A program made the translations under genes and the position numbers. From assembly GCF_001194135.2 (NCBI RefSeq), contig NC_068985.1, forward strand, positions 10,235,541-10,290,001: a DNA stretch of 54,461 nt, in the 5' to 3' direction. Below are positions 1 to 12,519 of the stretch, piece after piece. The notes beneath the pieces were generated by a model. That model did no database searches. It was not told the origin of the DNA and saw only the letters and a list, made by a program, of their open reading frames with translations. Every line of letters begins with the position of its first letter. The first letter of the stretch is position 1. The DNA comes from Octopus bimaculoides (Eukaryota).

Positions 1-17
1 AAACGAAAGACGAATAA

Positions 18-18
<1 letters not shown>

Positions 19-59
<41 letters not shown>

Positions 60-745
60 GAACATGCGCATGCATGTAGAGGCATACACATGCTCAAGCA
101 TTTGTTGTAGTAGTAGTAGTAGTAGCAGCAGCAGCAGTAGCAGAAAAAGAAAGAAAAAAGAAGAAAGACAAGAAAGACAAGGAAAAATAAAGAAGAAAAA
201 AGAAAAAAGCAGCAGAAAGAAGAATACAAAGGAAGAAAGAAGTAGAAAGAAGAAAGAAGAAAGAAGAAGAAGAAAAAGGAAAGAAGTAAGAAGAAATAAG
301 AAGAAAGAAGAAAGAAGTCAGAAGAAGAAAGAAGGAGAAAAGAAGAAGGAAGAAGAAAGAAGAATGAAAAAGAAAGAAAAAAGGAGAAAAATAAAAGTAG
401 ATGTAGAAAGAAAGAAAAACAGTAGAAAGAAAAGGAAACAAAAGAAGAAGAAGAAGAAAGAAGGAAGAAGAAAAAAGAAAGAAGAAGAAAGGAGAAGAAA
501 GAAAGGAAGAAAGTAAAACAGAGAGAAGAAAGGAGAAAGAAGAAGAAAGGAAAGAAAAAAGTAGAAAAGAGAAAGAAGAGAGAAGGAAAAAACAGGAGAT
601 ATGAGAAAGAGAATATGGAAGAGGACGAAGAGGAAGGCGATGAAGAACGAAGGATGTGGTCGTAGGAAAGAATCAAAAGGAGTAGCGTTTGTGATAGTAG
701 TTGTAGTAGTAGTATAGTAGTATTACTAGTAGTAGTAGCTGTAGT
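19..745. repeat. (TAG)n microsatellites and (AAG)n/purine-rich low-complexity tract
   Basis: Direct reading: tagtagtag at 19-59 and 107-135, then degenerate aag/gaa repeats to about 600, and tag repeats again at about 690-755. Confidence 0.95.
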
Positions 746-872
746 AGTAGTAGTATAAACAGAAGCTGATGATGGTGGGGATGATGATGTAAAATTATAG
801 GAAAGGACAACGGAATAAAATATTGAAGTATGTGGTTACTTTTACCTTCTCTTTGAAGATTATACTTACATC

Positions 873-903
<31 letters not shown>

Positions 904-1372
904 TATATACTTTTATATAGTTATACATATGCTTACGCGCACATGTTATATATGCATATACCATTAGCAATGTGATCTCACAAGCATAAACGTACGAACA
1001 TGCGCATGCATGTAGAGGCGTACACATGCTCAAGCATTTGTTGTATATTTTGCAAGATTCAAACACAATTGCTAATGTTTGTGTCACAGGAATAGCCTAG
1101 ACTAGATTCTAAAGAGACTTTTACTTATAAATATCTACGATGTATGTATGTATGTATGTATGTATGTATGTATGTATGTGTGCATGTATGTATGTATGTA
1201 TGTATGTATGTATGTATGTATCTATCTATCTATCTATGTATTTATATATGTATATATTTGATTAATAAATTCAAAAAGAGATAAAAATCTTTTACAAGAA
1301 TTTTATCAGGAAGCCAGTGTGTAAAAAAATTCATAAGGGAAATTTCTATTCCCAAGAATATAATTATTCGTT

Positions 1373-1464
1373 TATATTTATATAAGGGGCATTACTACAT
1401 GTGCTTATTTTGGGAACTCCAGTGTGTGGCATTATTCTGTAGTAATGCCCCTTATATAAATATA
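1373..1464. repeat. Short inverted-repeat element (27-bp perfect arms, 38-bp spacer), MITE-like
   Basis: tatatttatataaggggcattactaca (1373-1399) is the exact reverse complement of 1438-1464. Confidence 0.8.
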
Positions 1465-1699
1465 TATGTATATATGTATAAATAATACAGAATGGGACAA
1501 GGACGCAAAACATCCAGACAGATAGGTGATACAAGAAATGGACAAAACATACAGACAGACGATACAAAGAAAACACGGACAGGTCATTTGGAGTTTTCTC
1601 TCTTCAGTCGAGATCCAGATTCTCCTTGCAATTTCGGCTGGTTATTTTCGATATTGCTCCAATCTGGCCAGAATATATATATACTCTATAACATTCATT

Positions 1700-1812
1700 T
1701 CTCGCAATTTCGGGACAGAAGTAATTCGATGGTACCGACCTCAGTTTTCAACTGCCACTTATTTTATCGATCTCGAAGGGATGAAAGGCAAAGTTGACCT
1801 CGGTGGAATTTT
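1700..1812 (-). mobile_element. SINE family D fragment
   Basis: Reverse complement aaattccaccgaggtcaactttgcctttcatcc...gataaaataagt matches the body of the copies at 14745, 26508, 26728 and 49394. Confidence 0.8.
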
Positions 1813-2039
1813 AACAAACCTTAGTATTCGACTGGTTTATAATTTTTTTATTCCTCAAGCTAAAAAAACTTCTCTCGGTTGAATTTCAAAATGTAGAAAC
1901 GTATCAGATATCACAGTGAAACCTGACAACGCTCTACTGTTTTTGCTTATCCATCGTCCTCGTGATAATGAAGGGAATTTTGTAGTATGCCATAAACTTC
2001 GTATTAGCCAAGGAACCTATAAGTAATGTTTGTTGCCAC

Positions 2040-2345
2040 TTCAACATGGCTGTTCCGTACGAAACCACGTTATTATTATTTTGTAACCCCAGGAGAACAT
2101 TTCCTCCAGCTGGTTAATGACACAACCTGTGTCTGGTATATTGCAATCCATACTATCTAGCGATTTGACAGGACCAGTAGACCAGCCCAATTCCGGGCTA
2201 TTTTGCCCTTCCACAGTAATAGACACCTGTCCGCTAGAAATAGCAGTCGTTCGCCCTAGCTCGCAATATATAGAAAAATAAGCGATATTCAGCCGCTGAT
2301 CTTGCAACAAGCAAAGTAACTAGTTCTAAAATCTCTATAAGAGAT
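2040..2345 (+). mobile_element. Old dispersed repeat family C, copy 1
   Basis: Shares catggctg...ttaaccccagg..aacat.tcc.ccagctggtta... with 12365-12480 and 32340-32625. Orientation is arbitrary. Confidence 0.6.
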
Positions 2346-3246
2346 GTAATGACTACACTGAAAAGTCGATTAAAGGTTAATTTAGTAAATAAATGTCACG
2401 CAGGATATCAATGCTTGAGTGACGAGGAATATAAATGCACGGGGTTTTCGAATGCTAGTAACTGAAGGAAAGGAATCTGCAAATCCTTTGTTGGCCGTTA
2501 CCAGAATACGAGAATGATATAATAGAGTTTGAAATACATCGAAAATATGTTAAGGAATGGTTTTAGTAAAATGCAAAACGAAATATATAACTCTTTCAAA
2601 AAGAAGGTATTTTGAGGGAAATTTATAATGGTTTGTAGTTATGTGAACGAAATGTTGCATAAAAAATTTAGTACGCAACCTGAAAGGCAATAGTAATAAA
2701 GTAGGGATGAAGGCTGGTTGTATCGGATGGGTTTAGCTTGAGAGTGTGAGCGTAGCTAGTAAAGTTGAGCGGTAGCCATTATATAGCGATAAAACCAGTA
2801 GAGAGCGGAAACAAAACGCTATGAAAATATCGAGTGCGTAAGCAGAAGGATGATATTTTTCTGTCTTCCTCATCTCTCATTACGCTCTCCTTCTATCTAT
2901 GTTTATNNNNNNNNNNNNNNNNNNNNNNNNNNNNNNNNNNNNNNNNNNNNNNNNNNNNNNNNNNNNNNNNNNNNNNNNNNNNNNNNNNNNNNNNNNNNNN
3001 NNNNNNNNNNNNNNNNNNNNNNNNNNNNNNNNNNNNNNNNNNNNNNNNNNNNNNNNNNNNNNNNNNNNNNNNNNNNNNNNNNNNNNNNNNNNNNNNNNNN
3101 NNNNNNNNNNNNNNNNNNNNNNNNNNNNNNNNNNNNNNNNNNNNNNNNNNNNNNNNNNNNNNNNNNNNNNNNNNNNNNNNNNNNNNNNNNNNNNNNNNNN
3201 NNNNNNNNNNNNNNNNNNNNNNNNNNNNNNNNNNNNNNNNNNNNNN

Positions 3247-3299
<53 letters not shown>

Positions 3300-3431
3300 G
3301 TTTATAATATGTATAATATATATAATATATAAATATGTGTGTGTGCATACATATATATAAACGTATTTATGTACGTACGTATGCATATATGTATGTATGT
3401 ATGAATGAATGTATGTATGTATGTATGTATA

Positions 3432-4303
3432 TATTGGGTCATCCAATAAATAATGCAGTTTTTTTCAATTGCATGAACTAAAAGACGGTGGGGGATGGCA
3501 TAAACTACCTGCATCAACTTGCTATTCTTAGTGCAAGTTTTGAAGAGTGCCGTTCGATTTTAACACTTATCTTTTCAAAGGTATAATGAAAGTGACAAAA
3601 GAGCATATTCAGTATAATTTGCTTTATGACTTCAATGAAGGCAACAACGCAAAGAAAACTGCGAAGAATATTAATGCAGTATATGGAGATAAGACAATAA
3701 GTGTAAGCCAGTATCAACGGTGGTTTCAGAAATTCTGAGCTGGAAACTACAGCCTAGAAGACGGGCCTCGCACTGGAAAATTTGTAGAGCTCGACGAAGA
3801 CTTCTTGCAAACCCTGGAGGAACAAAATCACATCGTAACTGTTAAGGAAAAATTGGATTTGGTCATTCAAAAATTCATCGGCACCTGCGTGCCATCGCAA
3901 AAGACCATTTTTGGTTTCAAGACGGAAGAAATTCTCCCATCAGGATAAAACTCGGCCACATACAGCGAAGATTAAATTCCAAAAGCTGGAACAGTTTAAA
4001 TAGGAAACTATGCTCCAACCGCCATATTCGCCGGACATTGCCCCATCTGATTATTTATTAATTCTACAGTCTTCAAAATCATTTGGACGGAAAAAATATG
4101 AGTTTTGTAGACGAGGTGTAGTATTTTTCGTCACAGATACATGAATTTTGGAAGAGGGTCCTTGCAAGTCTACCAGATAGATGGAAGAACATTGTAGAAA
4201 ATAAAGAAGAATATATTTTAGATTTAACAAGAACTTTGTTTATCTTAATTTTGACAAATAAAAGAAGTATAAAAGACAGCATTATTTATGGGATGACCCA
4301 ATA
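3432..4303 (+). mobile_element. Mariner (Tc1/mariner) transposon, internally deleted, transposase pseudogene
   Basis: About 28-bp TIRs (tattgggtcatccaataaataatgcagt at 3432 and its near-complement ending 4303) flanked by TA. Remnant peptides include the N-terminal HTH region MKVTKEHIQYNLLYDFNEGNNAKKTAKNINAVYGDKTISVSQYQRWFQKF*AGNYSLEDGPR, then HQDKTRPH (HDNARPH-like) and PPYSPDIAPSDY. Stops and frameshifts are present; about 870 bp versus about 1.3 kb for a full mariner. Confidence 0.93.
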
Positions 4304-4306
4304 TAT

Positions 4307-4371
<65 letters not shown>

Positions 4372-4458
4372 NNNNNNNNNNNNNNNNNNNNNNNNNNNNN
4401 NNNNNNNNNNNNNNNNNNNNNNNNNNNNNNNNNNNNNNNNNNNNNNNNNNNNNNNNNN

Positions 4459-4502
<44 letters not shown>

Positions 4503-4539
4503 AGAATGGAATAAGCAGAGCAAGAGCACACACGAAGAC

Positions 4540-4590
4540 GAAATGTGTCACTGAGGAGGTCACAGACGTGTGACGAAAGATTTCCGGACA
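4540..4590 (+). ncRNA. Hammerhead-ribozyme-like motif (complete core, imperfect stems I and III)
   Basis: CTGAGGA (4551-4557) + G + stem II gtcaca-gacg-tgtgac (4559-4574) + GAAA (4575-4578). Confidence 0.5.
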
Positions 4591-4671
4591 ATGGATGGAC
4601 ATGAGTTAGAATCAGAAGAATAATAAACGGATGCAAACGAGTGTATAGTGCGTGTGTTTAAATGATCAACT

Positions 4672-5078
4672 TGTTGCTGCGCGGTAAGAAACTTGCTTCC
4701 CAACCACATTGTTCTGGTTTCAGTCTCGTTGCATGGCACCTTGGGCAAGTGTCTTCTACTGTAGCCTCGGTGTCGACCAAAGCCTTGTGAGCGGATTTGG
4801 TAGAGGAAACTGAAAGAAGCCCGTACGTATATATATGTATATATATGTTTATGTTTGTGTGTCTATGTTTGTCCCCCCACCATCGCTTGACAACCGATGT
4901 TGGTATGTTTACGTCCCTGTAACTTCGTGGTTCTGCAAAAAAGAAAACCGATAGAAAAAGTACTAGGCCGTACAACCAATAAGTCCTGGGGTCGATTTGT
5001 TCGACTAAAGGCGGTGTTCCAACATGGCTGTAGTCAAATGACTGAAACAAATAGAAAAATAAAGGAATAAAAGAATAT
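4672..5078 (+). mobile_element. SINE family B (tRNA-like head, CORE-like ccttgggcaagt, internal microsatellite), near full length
   Basis: Head ggtaagaaacttgcttcccaaccac...ggtttcagtc, then ggcaccttgggcaagtgtcttctac, a (TA/TG) spacer, and a 3' module ending ggcggtgttccaacatggctgtagtcaaatgactgaaacaa. At least 8 copies occur in the window. Confidence 0.9.
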
Positions 5079-5459
5079 ATATACGCATAGACACATCCAT
5101 AAATTCTGCTGCATATGTAGATTTAGAGTACGGAGACAATATATTATTTTATTTCATTTTGTCGTCAGCTTCGGCTATTTTCTGAAATTTCCTTTTTCGA
5201 TATTGAATTATCCGTCGCTGTTCCGTGGTGCCAAACGATATCAAGAAACATGAGACGACGCGTATTTAACTGGTTTATATCAGAATGGATTCTTTTGTTT
5301 GTATAAGGGATGTTTATTCTGTTAGGGTATGTATAATGGCACAAGCGAGTATAACAGCAAAAAAGTATAAATATAAATACATAATGAAATAATTATACGA
5401 CGAATGTAATGAAAGAATGAAAAAAAAAAGATGAACGACAACAAGAAACGTTTACTCTC

Positions 5460-5460
<1 letters not shown>

Positions 5461-5555
<95 letters not shown>

Positions 5556-5745
5556 TACATGTGTGTGTGTGTATGTGTGTGTGTGTGTGTGTGTGAGTGA
5601 GTGTATGTGTATGTGCTTATATATACATACATATATATATATATGTATATATGTATGTATTTATGTATGTACGTATGTATTTATGTATGTATGTATGTAC
5701 GTGCAAATGTTATGCACACACACACACACACATATATGTATGCAG
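5461..5745. repeat. (TA)n, (TG)n and (ATGT)n compound microsatellite
   Basis: Direct reading. Confidence 0.95.
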
Positions 5746-6337
5746 AAACACACTCGTGTTTGTAGGTGTAGAAAGGCAGAATCGCGAACGAGATAAATAG
5801 AAGGCGTTTTGATAATTATTCCTGTTCTCAGTGTTCAAGTCCCATGCCGGTCAGTGTTCAAATCCTCTTTGCCGGTGATACTTCCGATAATAATAAACAA
5901 ATAATCGGACCATCGCCAGACTCTCTCTCTCCTTCCAGGCCTCACGCCTACGACGTATCACTGGATCATATCGGTCTGACGAGTAGCTAGTGGAATATTC
6001 CTCGTTGAGTAATTATTACTTCCGAGGTTCTGCAAGCTAGGAAACATATGTGGCCTGGATTATACCTGCTCCATTCCCACAGTTTGGATTTTCAAGCTTA
6101 ATAGCAATTAAATGATACGAGATAAATTATTAAGAATTAAAGTTAAATTATAAATTAAAACTTATGACCTAAACTTAAAATCACAAACTAAGAGAACTAA
6201 AACCTAAAAACTAGAAAAACTAAAAATTATTGAATTGAAACTAGCTAGTTTCTAAGATATTTATGTTGATAGAGAAGTAAAGGAAAAGAAAAAGAAATGA
6301 AAAAGAAAAAGCGTTTACACTCACACACACACATACA

Positions 6338-6379
<42 letters not shown>

Positions 6380-6452
6380 TACACATATATACATACACAT
6401 ACGTATATACACACACACACATATATACATAGATAAACACACAAACACACAC

Positions 6453-6485
<33 letters not shown>

Positions 6486-6569
6486 NNNNNNNNNNNNNNN
6501 NNNNNNNNNNNNNNATATTGTAACGTTTGACGACCCTGGATGTATGTGTTATACGTGTTGATTTTGTTT

Positions 6570-6960
6570 ACATTTGGACCTATGGAAGAATTTAAAGGTG
6601 CGATAGAACCTATGACAACATGTAGAAAAAGCTTCGTGTTATTTATTTAGTAATTGCGGTGAATTATGTATTAATATTTGGAGGGCTTCTTTTAGGCATA
6701 GTCCACAAGTGGAGCGATGACCTTGGTATGATACCCTAGAATCTATTATGGGGGAGGTAGATTTGCTATGGTCCTCATACTTAAATGAGTTTATATGTGC
6801 AGAATATGTCTGTTTAAAATCAACAGTAGATCCGATATAGTAGTTAGTAGAATTATGCAATTTGTAAATTACGTTAAACCATGAGTAGTGGGCTTACAAC
6901 GGGCATTCGGTTGCTGATCGGCAGTTGCAGCTATCTATCCTACGTGGATTATTAGTGGAA
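6570..6960 (-). mobile_element. Penelope-like element fragment: GIY-YIG endonuclease pseudogene
   Basis: One minus-strand frame reads CNCRSATECPL*AHYSWFNVIYKLHNSTNYYIGSTVDFKQTYSAHINSFK...CGLCLKEALQILIHNSPQLLNK*HEAFSTCCH. This gives a VIY...YIG motif, an upstream CxC..CP motif and a C-terminal CxxC/LLNK..C.H pattern typical of PLE endonucleases. Confidence 0.85.
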
Positions 6961-7234
6961 AGGGAAGAATCAGTACTATTTATAGAGAAATTAAAAGTAA
7001 GGGTGTAACGAGGGGATTATGTATATGTATATATGTATGTATGTGTGACACGCACACACATACACGCACATATGTATTTATACATGTATAAATGCACGTA
7101 TGTGCACGTACATGTTTGTGTGTAAATCATATGAATACATCGGTCATGGCATTTGACCACTTAACTCTTTGGTATTTCATATAAATTGCAAAAGAAGGAG
7201 GATACAGGGGGAAAATAAACGTGTTATATATATA

Positions 7235-7288
<54 letters not shown>

Positions 7289-7333
7289 TGTGTGCGTGTG
7301 TGTGTGTGTAAATGGATGAGTGACTTTTTCTTT

Positions 7334-7364
<31 letters not shown>

Positions 7365-7371
<7 letters not shown>

Positions 7372-7450
7372 AAAAAAAACAATAACAAAAAAAACAACAA
7401 AGTGAGGACGTGATATGGATAGTATTATTGGATGCTCAGGAAAGGAAATA
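7365..7450 (-). mobile_element. Short fragment resembling the terminal part of a PLE-associated repeat, between (TA)n tracts
   Basis: Minus strand ttcctttcctgagcatccaataatac...gttgtttttt is loosely similar to the sequence following the hammerhead motif at 25860-25940. Weak similarity only. Confidence 0.3.
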
Positions 7451-8590
7451 TATATATACACACACAAGAATAAATGAATACATGTAAGAAAATAAATAAA
7501 AATAAATAGAAGTCACATGAAATAAACACAACATTGAATCAATTATCACTGAGATATATCGTTCTATTCTAAATCTGTTCGCGCTCCAAATGTTCCCAGC
7601 CATGTGTTGCATTGTGGAAGTAATATCAATGTAATAAAAGCGCTCGACTTCTAAATTGAAAGTAGGCTTCAACTTGCAGAGTTTGGAAGTTGTGCTGGCT
7701 GGTTGACTCTGTAGAATACGTACCTAGATATCGAGATATCACTTAGTGATGAGTGAAGTATTCCAAGGAATATTGAATTGTTACGTTGAGACAATGCTTC
7801 AGATTTTCTATATGGGATGGAAGTGTACCTTAAACTAGAATGACCCGAGTAGTTAACTGGTCTTATTTCCTATAAAGAAAAGGATGAAAGGCACCAAATG
7901 AAAGGACTTGTATGCATGTCAAAAATCAATATGTTATAAATTCCATCACACATCTTTGAGATATCACAATCTGATTCGTAGATTTATTGATTTTTAACAC
8001 ACACACACATACACACGCACATCCAGAGACACAGACAGGCAGACAGACGCACATGCACACATACACACACGCACAAATGCACACACACATATACACATGT
8101 ACATATTCACGCGTACTATACATCTATGCATACTTAGGAATAAACATACACACACAAACACACACACAAACACACACATATATATAGACATCCATATGCA
8201 TATATATATCTACATATTAATATATATATATGTATATACATATACATATTTATATATATACACACACGTACAGACACACACACACACACACACACAAACA
8301 TGAACATATGTTTATGTCTTTATCTATCTATATATGTTACATATAAATAATTACAAAAAGATTGTTGTTATTTTAAGTGTTTCGCTTAACCGATCGAACG
8401 TATCAAGTTATATAATTCTTTAAATTAAAAAAAAGAAAAACAGGTTCATTTCAATCGGAAATCGTTAACGAGGAATTTCAGATTCAACTGTTTTCACACT
8501 TATTATTATTATTAGTTAAATATTCTGTGTACCTTTGTTATCTTTGTGCATAAAGAAATATATACACAGGGACACACCCAGTTGTGGATG

Positions 8591-8624
<34 letters not shown>

Positions 8625-8689
8625 AGAGGAATGTTTCGACCACTGTACATCACTGCCACTCACAGCCACTCACAGTCACTCACTGCCAA

Positions 8690-9255
8690 TAACCTCATTG
8701 TCATCAAACTCGAACTTCCACTAATTATTTTGTCCATAAAATACATAAACAAGATAATCCCGGTCGCCCTATTGTCTCTGCTTGCAATTGCCTCACAATT
8801 TTTATCTCCCTACCTCGACGAAGTTTTATCCCTTCTCGTTACTGCCCTACCTTCGCATATCAAAGACACTAACCATGCACTACACTTCTTCACCGCATTC
8901 TCATTTACACCTGGTGAATCCAAATTCCTTTTCACCATGGACATTAAATCGTTGTACACAGTCATCCCTCACAATGACGGTCTACTAGCACTTAAACACT
9001 TCTTAGACCACCGTTCTGTAGCTGAATCCAGGAGTAATACACTCCAACGCCTAACTAAGCTCGTCTACACACTCACTTGTTTTTCCTACTCTGGTGAATT
9101 TTATTAATAGTTGAGCGGTGTTGCTATGGGCACCAGGATGGGTCTCAATTTTTCCAGCCTCTTTGTAGCTTATGAAGAGGAGCAAATTCTTGCTCACTTC
9201 TCTGGACCCATCCCAGAGATTTATGATCATTACATTGACGACTGCAATCTCTAGG
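8690..9255 (+). mobile_element. Penelope-like element reverse transcriptase pseudogene fragment
   Basis: KIHKQDNPGRPIVSACNC, a frameshift, then LPSHIKDTNHAL...LFTMDIKSLYTVIPHNDGLLALKHFL...FSYSGEFY**LSGVAMGTRMG...YDHYIDDC (YIDD at 9231-9242). These are PLE RT motifs 1-5. Confidence 0.92.
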
Positions 9256-9571
9256 AAACGAAAAGAGCGACAGGTATGAATGAACGTTTTTCCTTTCATC
9301 CTTTCAACTCCTCTTAATTCTTTGTAACCATTTTTAATCCTTCTTCCACCCTCTCTCTGCAACATTGCTGTATTTACAGCGACTTCGAAGCTCCGGCCAG
9401 TTAAGACATCGTTGGATTGGCCGAAACTTCAACGTCGTTTGTCAATAATATCTCTGCTTATGTATAATATATTTGTACTCTGCAGTAGTATAGAGTAACC
9501 CATTAAATGAATGTAAAATTGTTTTTATTATAACTGAACATCAAACAAACATTAGACACACACACACACAC

Positions 9572-9613
<42 letters not shown>

Positions 9614-10454
9614 TCATGCACAGACATGCGCACACATACACATGCATGAATATATATGTCTTTTTAGAGAGAGCATTTTTTTTTATCCAATACGCAATTA
9701 CGACCGCTTCAGAAATTAAAGATATTATCTTAATCCATGTATTAATCTTCGTCGATAATTTACTTGTCTTCTTTCAATAGCTTTTACTCTGTCGAAAGTA
9801 TGCGCCGTTATTGTGTCCTGAGAAAACACTGCACCGTTAAACATAAAAAAAAACAAAAAAACAAAAATGAAAAATGAGACATCAAAAATTAAAGATGTAA
9901 AATACAAGAAAAGCTCAGTAAAATAAAACAATGCATGAGAATAAATAGAAATAAATAAATAAAATCTAATAACCATGTTGGTTTGTTATTGACATAGGTT
10001 TATTTGATGAAGAACCAACCATTGATATTTGCATTCATACAGACAGACTGAGATAATTGTTGTTAGCAATTATTTAACTTGATGTCTAGTGAAAGATCTA
10101 AGACACAAAATAATCTCCTAGGCAGTGGAATTTCTCGATACGGTTCGATATTCTGGGGGTTGTCACTTGTTACTCAGTAAGCTCCAAAAATTCTTAAAAC
10201 AGGGTTTCTTTAGAAAGCTGTAATCTAAAATTGAAGCAAGAATTTTTAATTTGTAGTATCACTTTAATATATAGAACTTATATTATAAATTTGGTAGACA
10301 TAAATCAGCTGACAGGAGTACATGTAGGAATTATGGAGTATTTAGGAAATTAGCAAGCTGAGAACGAGTTCGTAATTTCAAGGTTTCGAGATTCAAATGG
10401 TTTTAATGTCGAAGTCAGAATCATATTTGTTGTCCCTTACTATCAGTTGAAGAC

Positions 10455-10770
10455 GGGCAAATGTCTTCGACAATAGCCTCAGGCTGACCGAAGCCTTGTG
10501 AGTGGATTTGGTAGACGGAAACTCAAAGAAGTCCGCCGTATTTATATTAATCTACGTGTGTATGACTTTCTGTCTGTGTTTTCCCCATCCTCACCACCGC
10601 TCGACAAACGATGTTGGTATGTTTACGTCCCCATGAATTAGTGGTTCGTCAATGGAGAGTCCTATGATAAATATCAACCTTAGAAATGGGGTCAATTCAT
10701 TCAACCAAAACGTCTTTAAGGCGGTGCCTCGACATGACTGCAGTCTAATGAATGAAACAAGAAATATATA
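10455..10770 (+). mobile_element. SINE family B, 5'-truncated
   Basis: gggcaaatgtcttc...gccttgtgagtggatttggtagacggaaact...ggcggtgcctcgacatgactgcagtctaatgaatgaaacaag. Confidence 0.85.
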
Positions 10771-10909
10771 GAAGATAAATATACATAATATATATATATA
10801 TATATATATATATTCTGTGTTCCTTTCCACAGAAAGGAACATAGTAAAGAACACACACACACACATATATATGTGTACTAAAACAACAGATAAATCAGTC
10901 GGCTCGGCT

Positions 10910-11305
10910 GTAGACGTAATATAACTCGACTTTGTCAAGGCCTTCGAAAAGGTTGACCATAGCATGATGTGTCACAAGCTGCGACACCATGGTATTACTG
11001 TGGAAACTGGGAGAGTGGCTGCATGACTTTCTGAAGTGCAGGAGTCAGACATTTGTAGCCAATGGTGCTCAGTCTGAATAGACACCAATTCTCAGCGGAG
11101 TCTCACAGGGAACTGTACTGGGGCCACTATTATTTGTGGTGGCCCTCTCAGACATGCCCTCTTCAGTACAGTCACCCAACCCGACCAGTTATGCTGACGA
11201 CACAAAAGTATCGCATGCAGTAAGGAACACAGAGGACATCATAAAACTGCAGAAAGACCTGAACGAAATCTACAAGTGCGCTAAGAAAAATAACATTGCA
11301 CTTCA
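10910..11305 (+). mobile_element. CR1/L2-group LINE reverse transcriptase fragment (pseudogene)
   Basis: VDVI*LDFVKAFEKVDH...LGEWLHDFLKCRSQ...SGVSQGTVLGPLLF...SYADDTK...LQKDLNEIYKCAKKNN, with stops and a frameshift. Confidence 0.9.
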
Positions 11306-12364
11306 GGTGCGTTCAATGAAGCGTTAGATTTAGCTTATAAACGCTCAGGACTTTCCAGACAACATGAGAGCCTTTTTACTTTTGACTGTTCATTTTGGTT
11401 CGCCACGTGATGGTCGGAACCCTTTAATTGTACTTGGACCGCCCACATCTTTAACCTGATGGACTAGCCTAACGTCTATTCGTCAGTTATGAAATGGGAA
11501 CTTCTGGCTCATTAAGTCACGAGAGAGGAGAATTTTGCTACGAGCGACCAGTGATCTTGACGTGTAAACAATTTTGATTTCAATTTGAACAGATTTCAAG
11601 CCAGAATCTTTGAAGTTAAGCTTAGAATTCTACAAATCTTTGAATAAAAGTAACCAGAATTATTGTTACACTGTATTCAGATTTTTCCTTAACCTCTGTT
11701 CTACATTTCGATGAACATTTAAATATTTATAATATTTTAACAAATGAAATGTCTAACCAGTTTGCTTTATGAAATTTCTGCAGTTGTAATAAATGTTTCC
11801 TCGCGGTTTATTGTAATTTGTCTGGGAATTCATTTATCATTCATTATTCATCTTGAATTCAGTTAACAGACCTGACTGCAATTCATATATCCACATTCAT
11901 ACTTACTGCTTTATATATATCAACCTACAAATATATATATATATATATATATATATTTCAAGGTTTTTAACTTTTAAATTTGTATATTTAAAAGAGACAG
12001 AAACTTCAAACTCGATATATCCAAGATCGATTTATTCACCACTCTATGTCAACATTTCTGTGCCAAACTTATCCAGTGACTGGTCCATTGGATTTCGACA
12101 TTTGACACTTCCTCTGGAAAATTATAAATATATATATAGAACAAATATATATATATGCATATATATGTACATATATATACATACATACATNNNNNNNNNN
12201 NNNNNNNNNNNNNNNNNNNNNNNNNNNNNNNNNNNNNNNNNNNNNNNNNNNNNNNNNNNNNNNNNNNNNNNNNNNNNNNNNNNNNNNNNNNNNNNNNNNN
12301 NNNNNNNNNNNNGTGTATAGAACAAATATATATCTATGCATATAATTAATATTCATACCCACTT

Positions 12365-12480
12365 TAACATGGCTGTCCGGTAGAGCGGACTCTAATGCAA
12401 TTTTTTAACCCCAAGAGGACATCTCCTCTAGCTGGTTAACGAAGCACAGCTGCATCCGATAAAATTGCGAGCAGGGAAGC
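12365..12480 (+). mobile_element. Repeat family C, partial copy
   Basis: aacatggctgtccggtag...ttttaaccccaagaggacatctcctctagctggttaa aligns by eye to 2043-2130. Confidence 0.55.
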
Positions 12481-12519
12481 GAACCCCTACCATCTCCTAC
12501 GAATATTACTCGCCAGTAC

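Noticed and set aside
64-516. 150-aa Lys/Arg/Glu-rich ORF and its antisense Phe/Leu-rich ORF
   Set aside because: Translation of (TAG)n/(AAG)n low-complexity DNA; no domain structure.
5150-5172. Minus-strand CTGACGA...GAAA (also 13094+, 15302+, 53965-)
   Set aside because: The intervening sequence cannot form stem II; chance matches.
5920-5995. Strong acceptor-like ctctctctccttccag followed by short ORFs
   Set aside because: All frames stop within 16 codons and no donor or upstream exon is evident.
9385-9435. ggcca...tggcc-GAAAC hairpin downstream of the PLE RT
   Set aside because: No CUGANGA upstream (acttcgaag instead), so it cannot be called a hammerhead.
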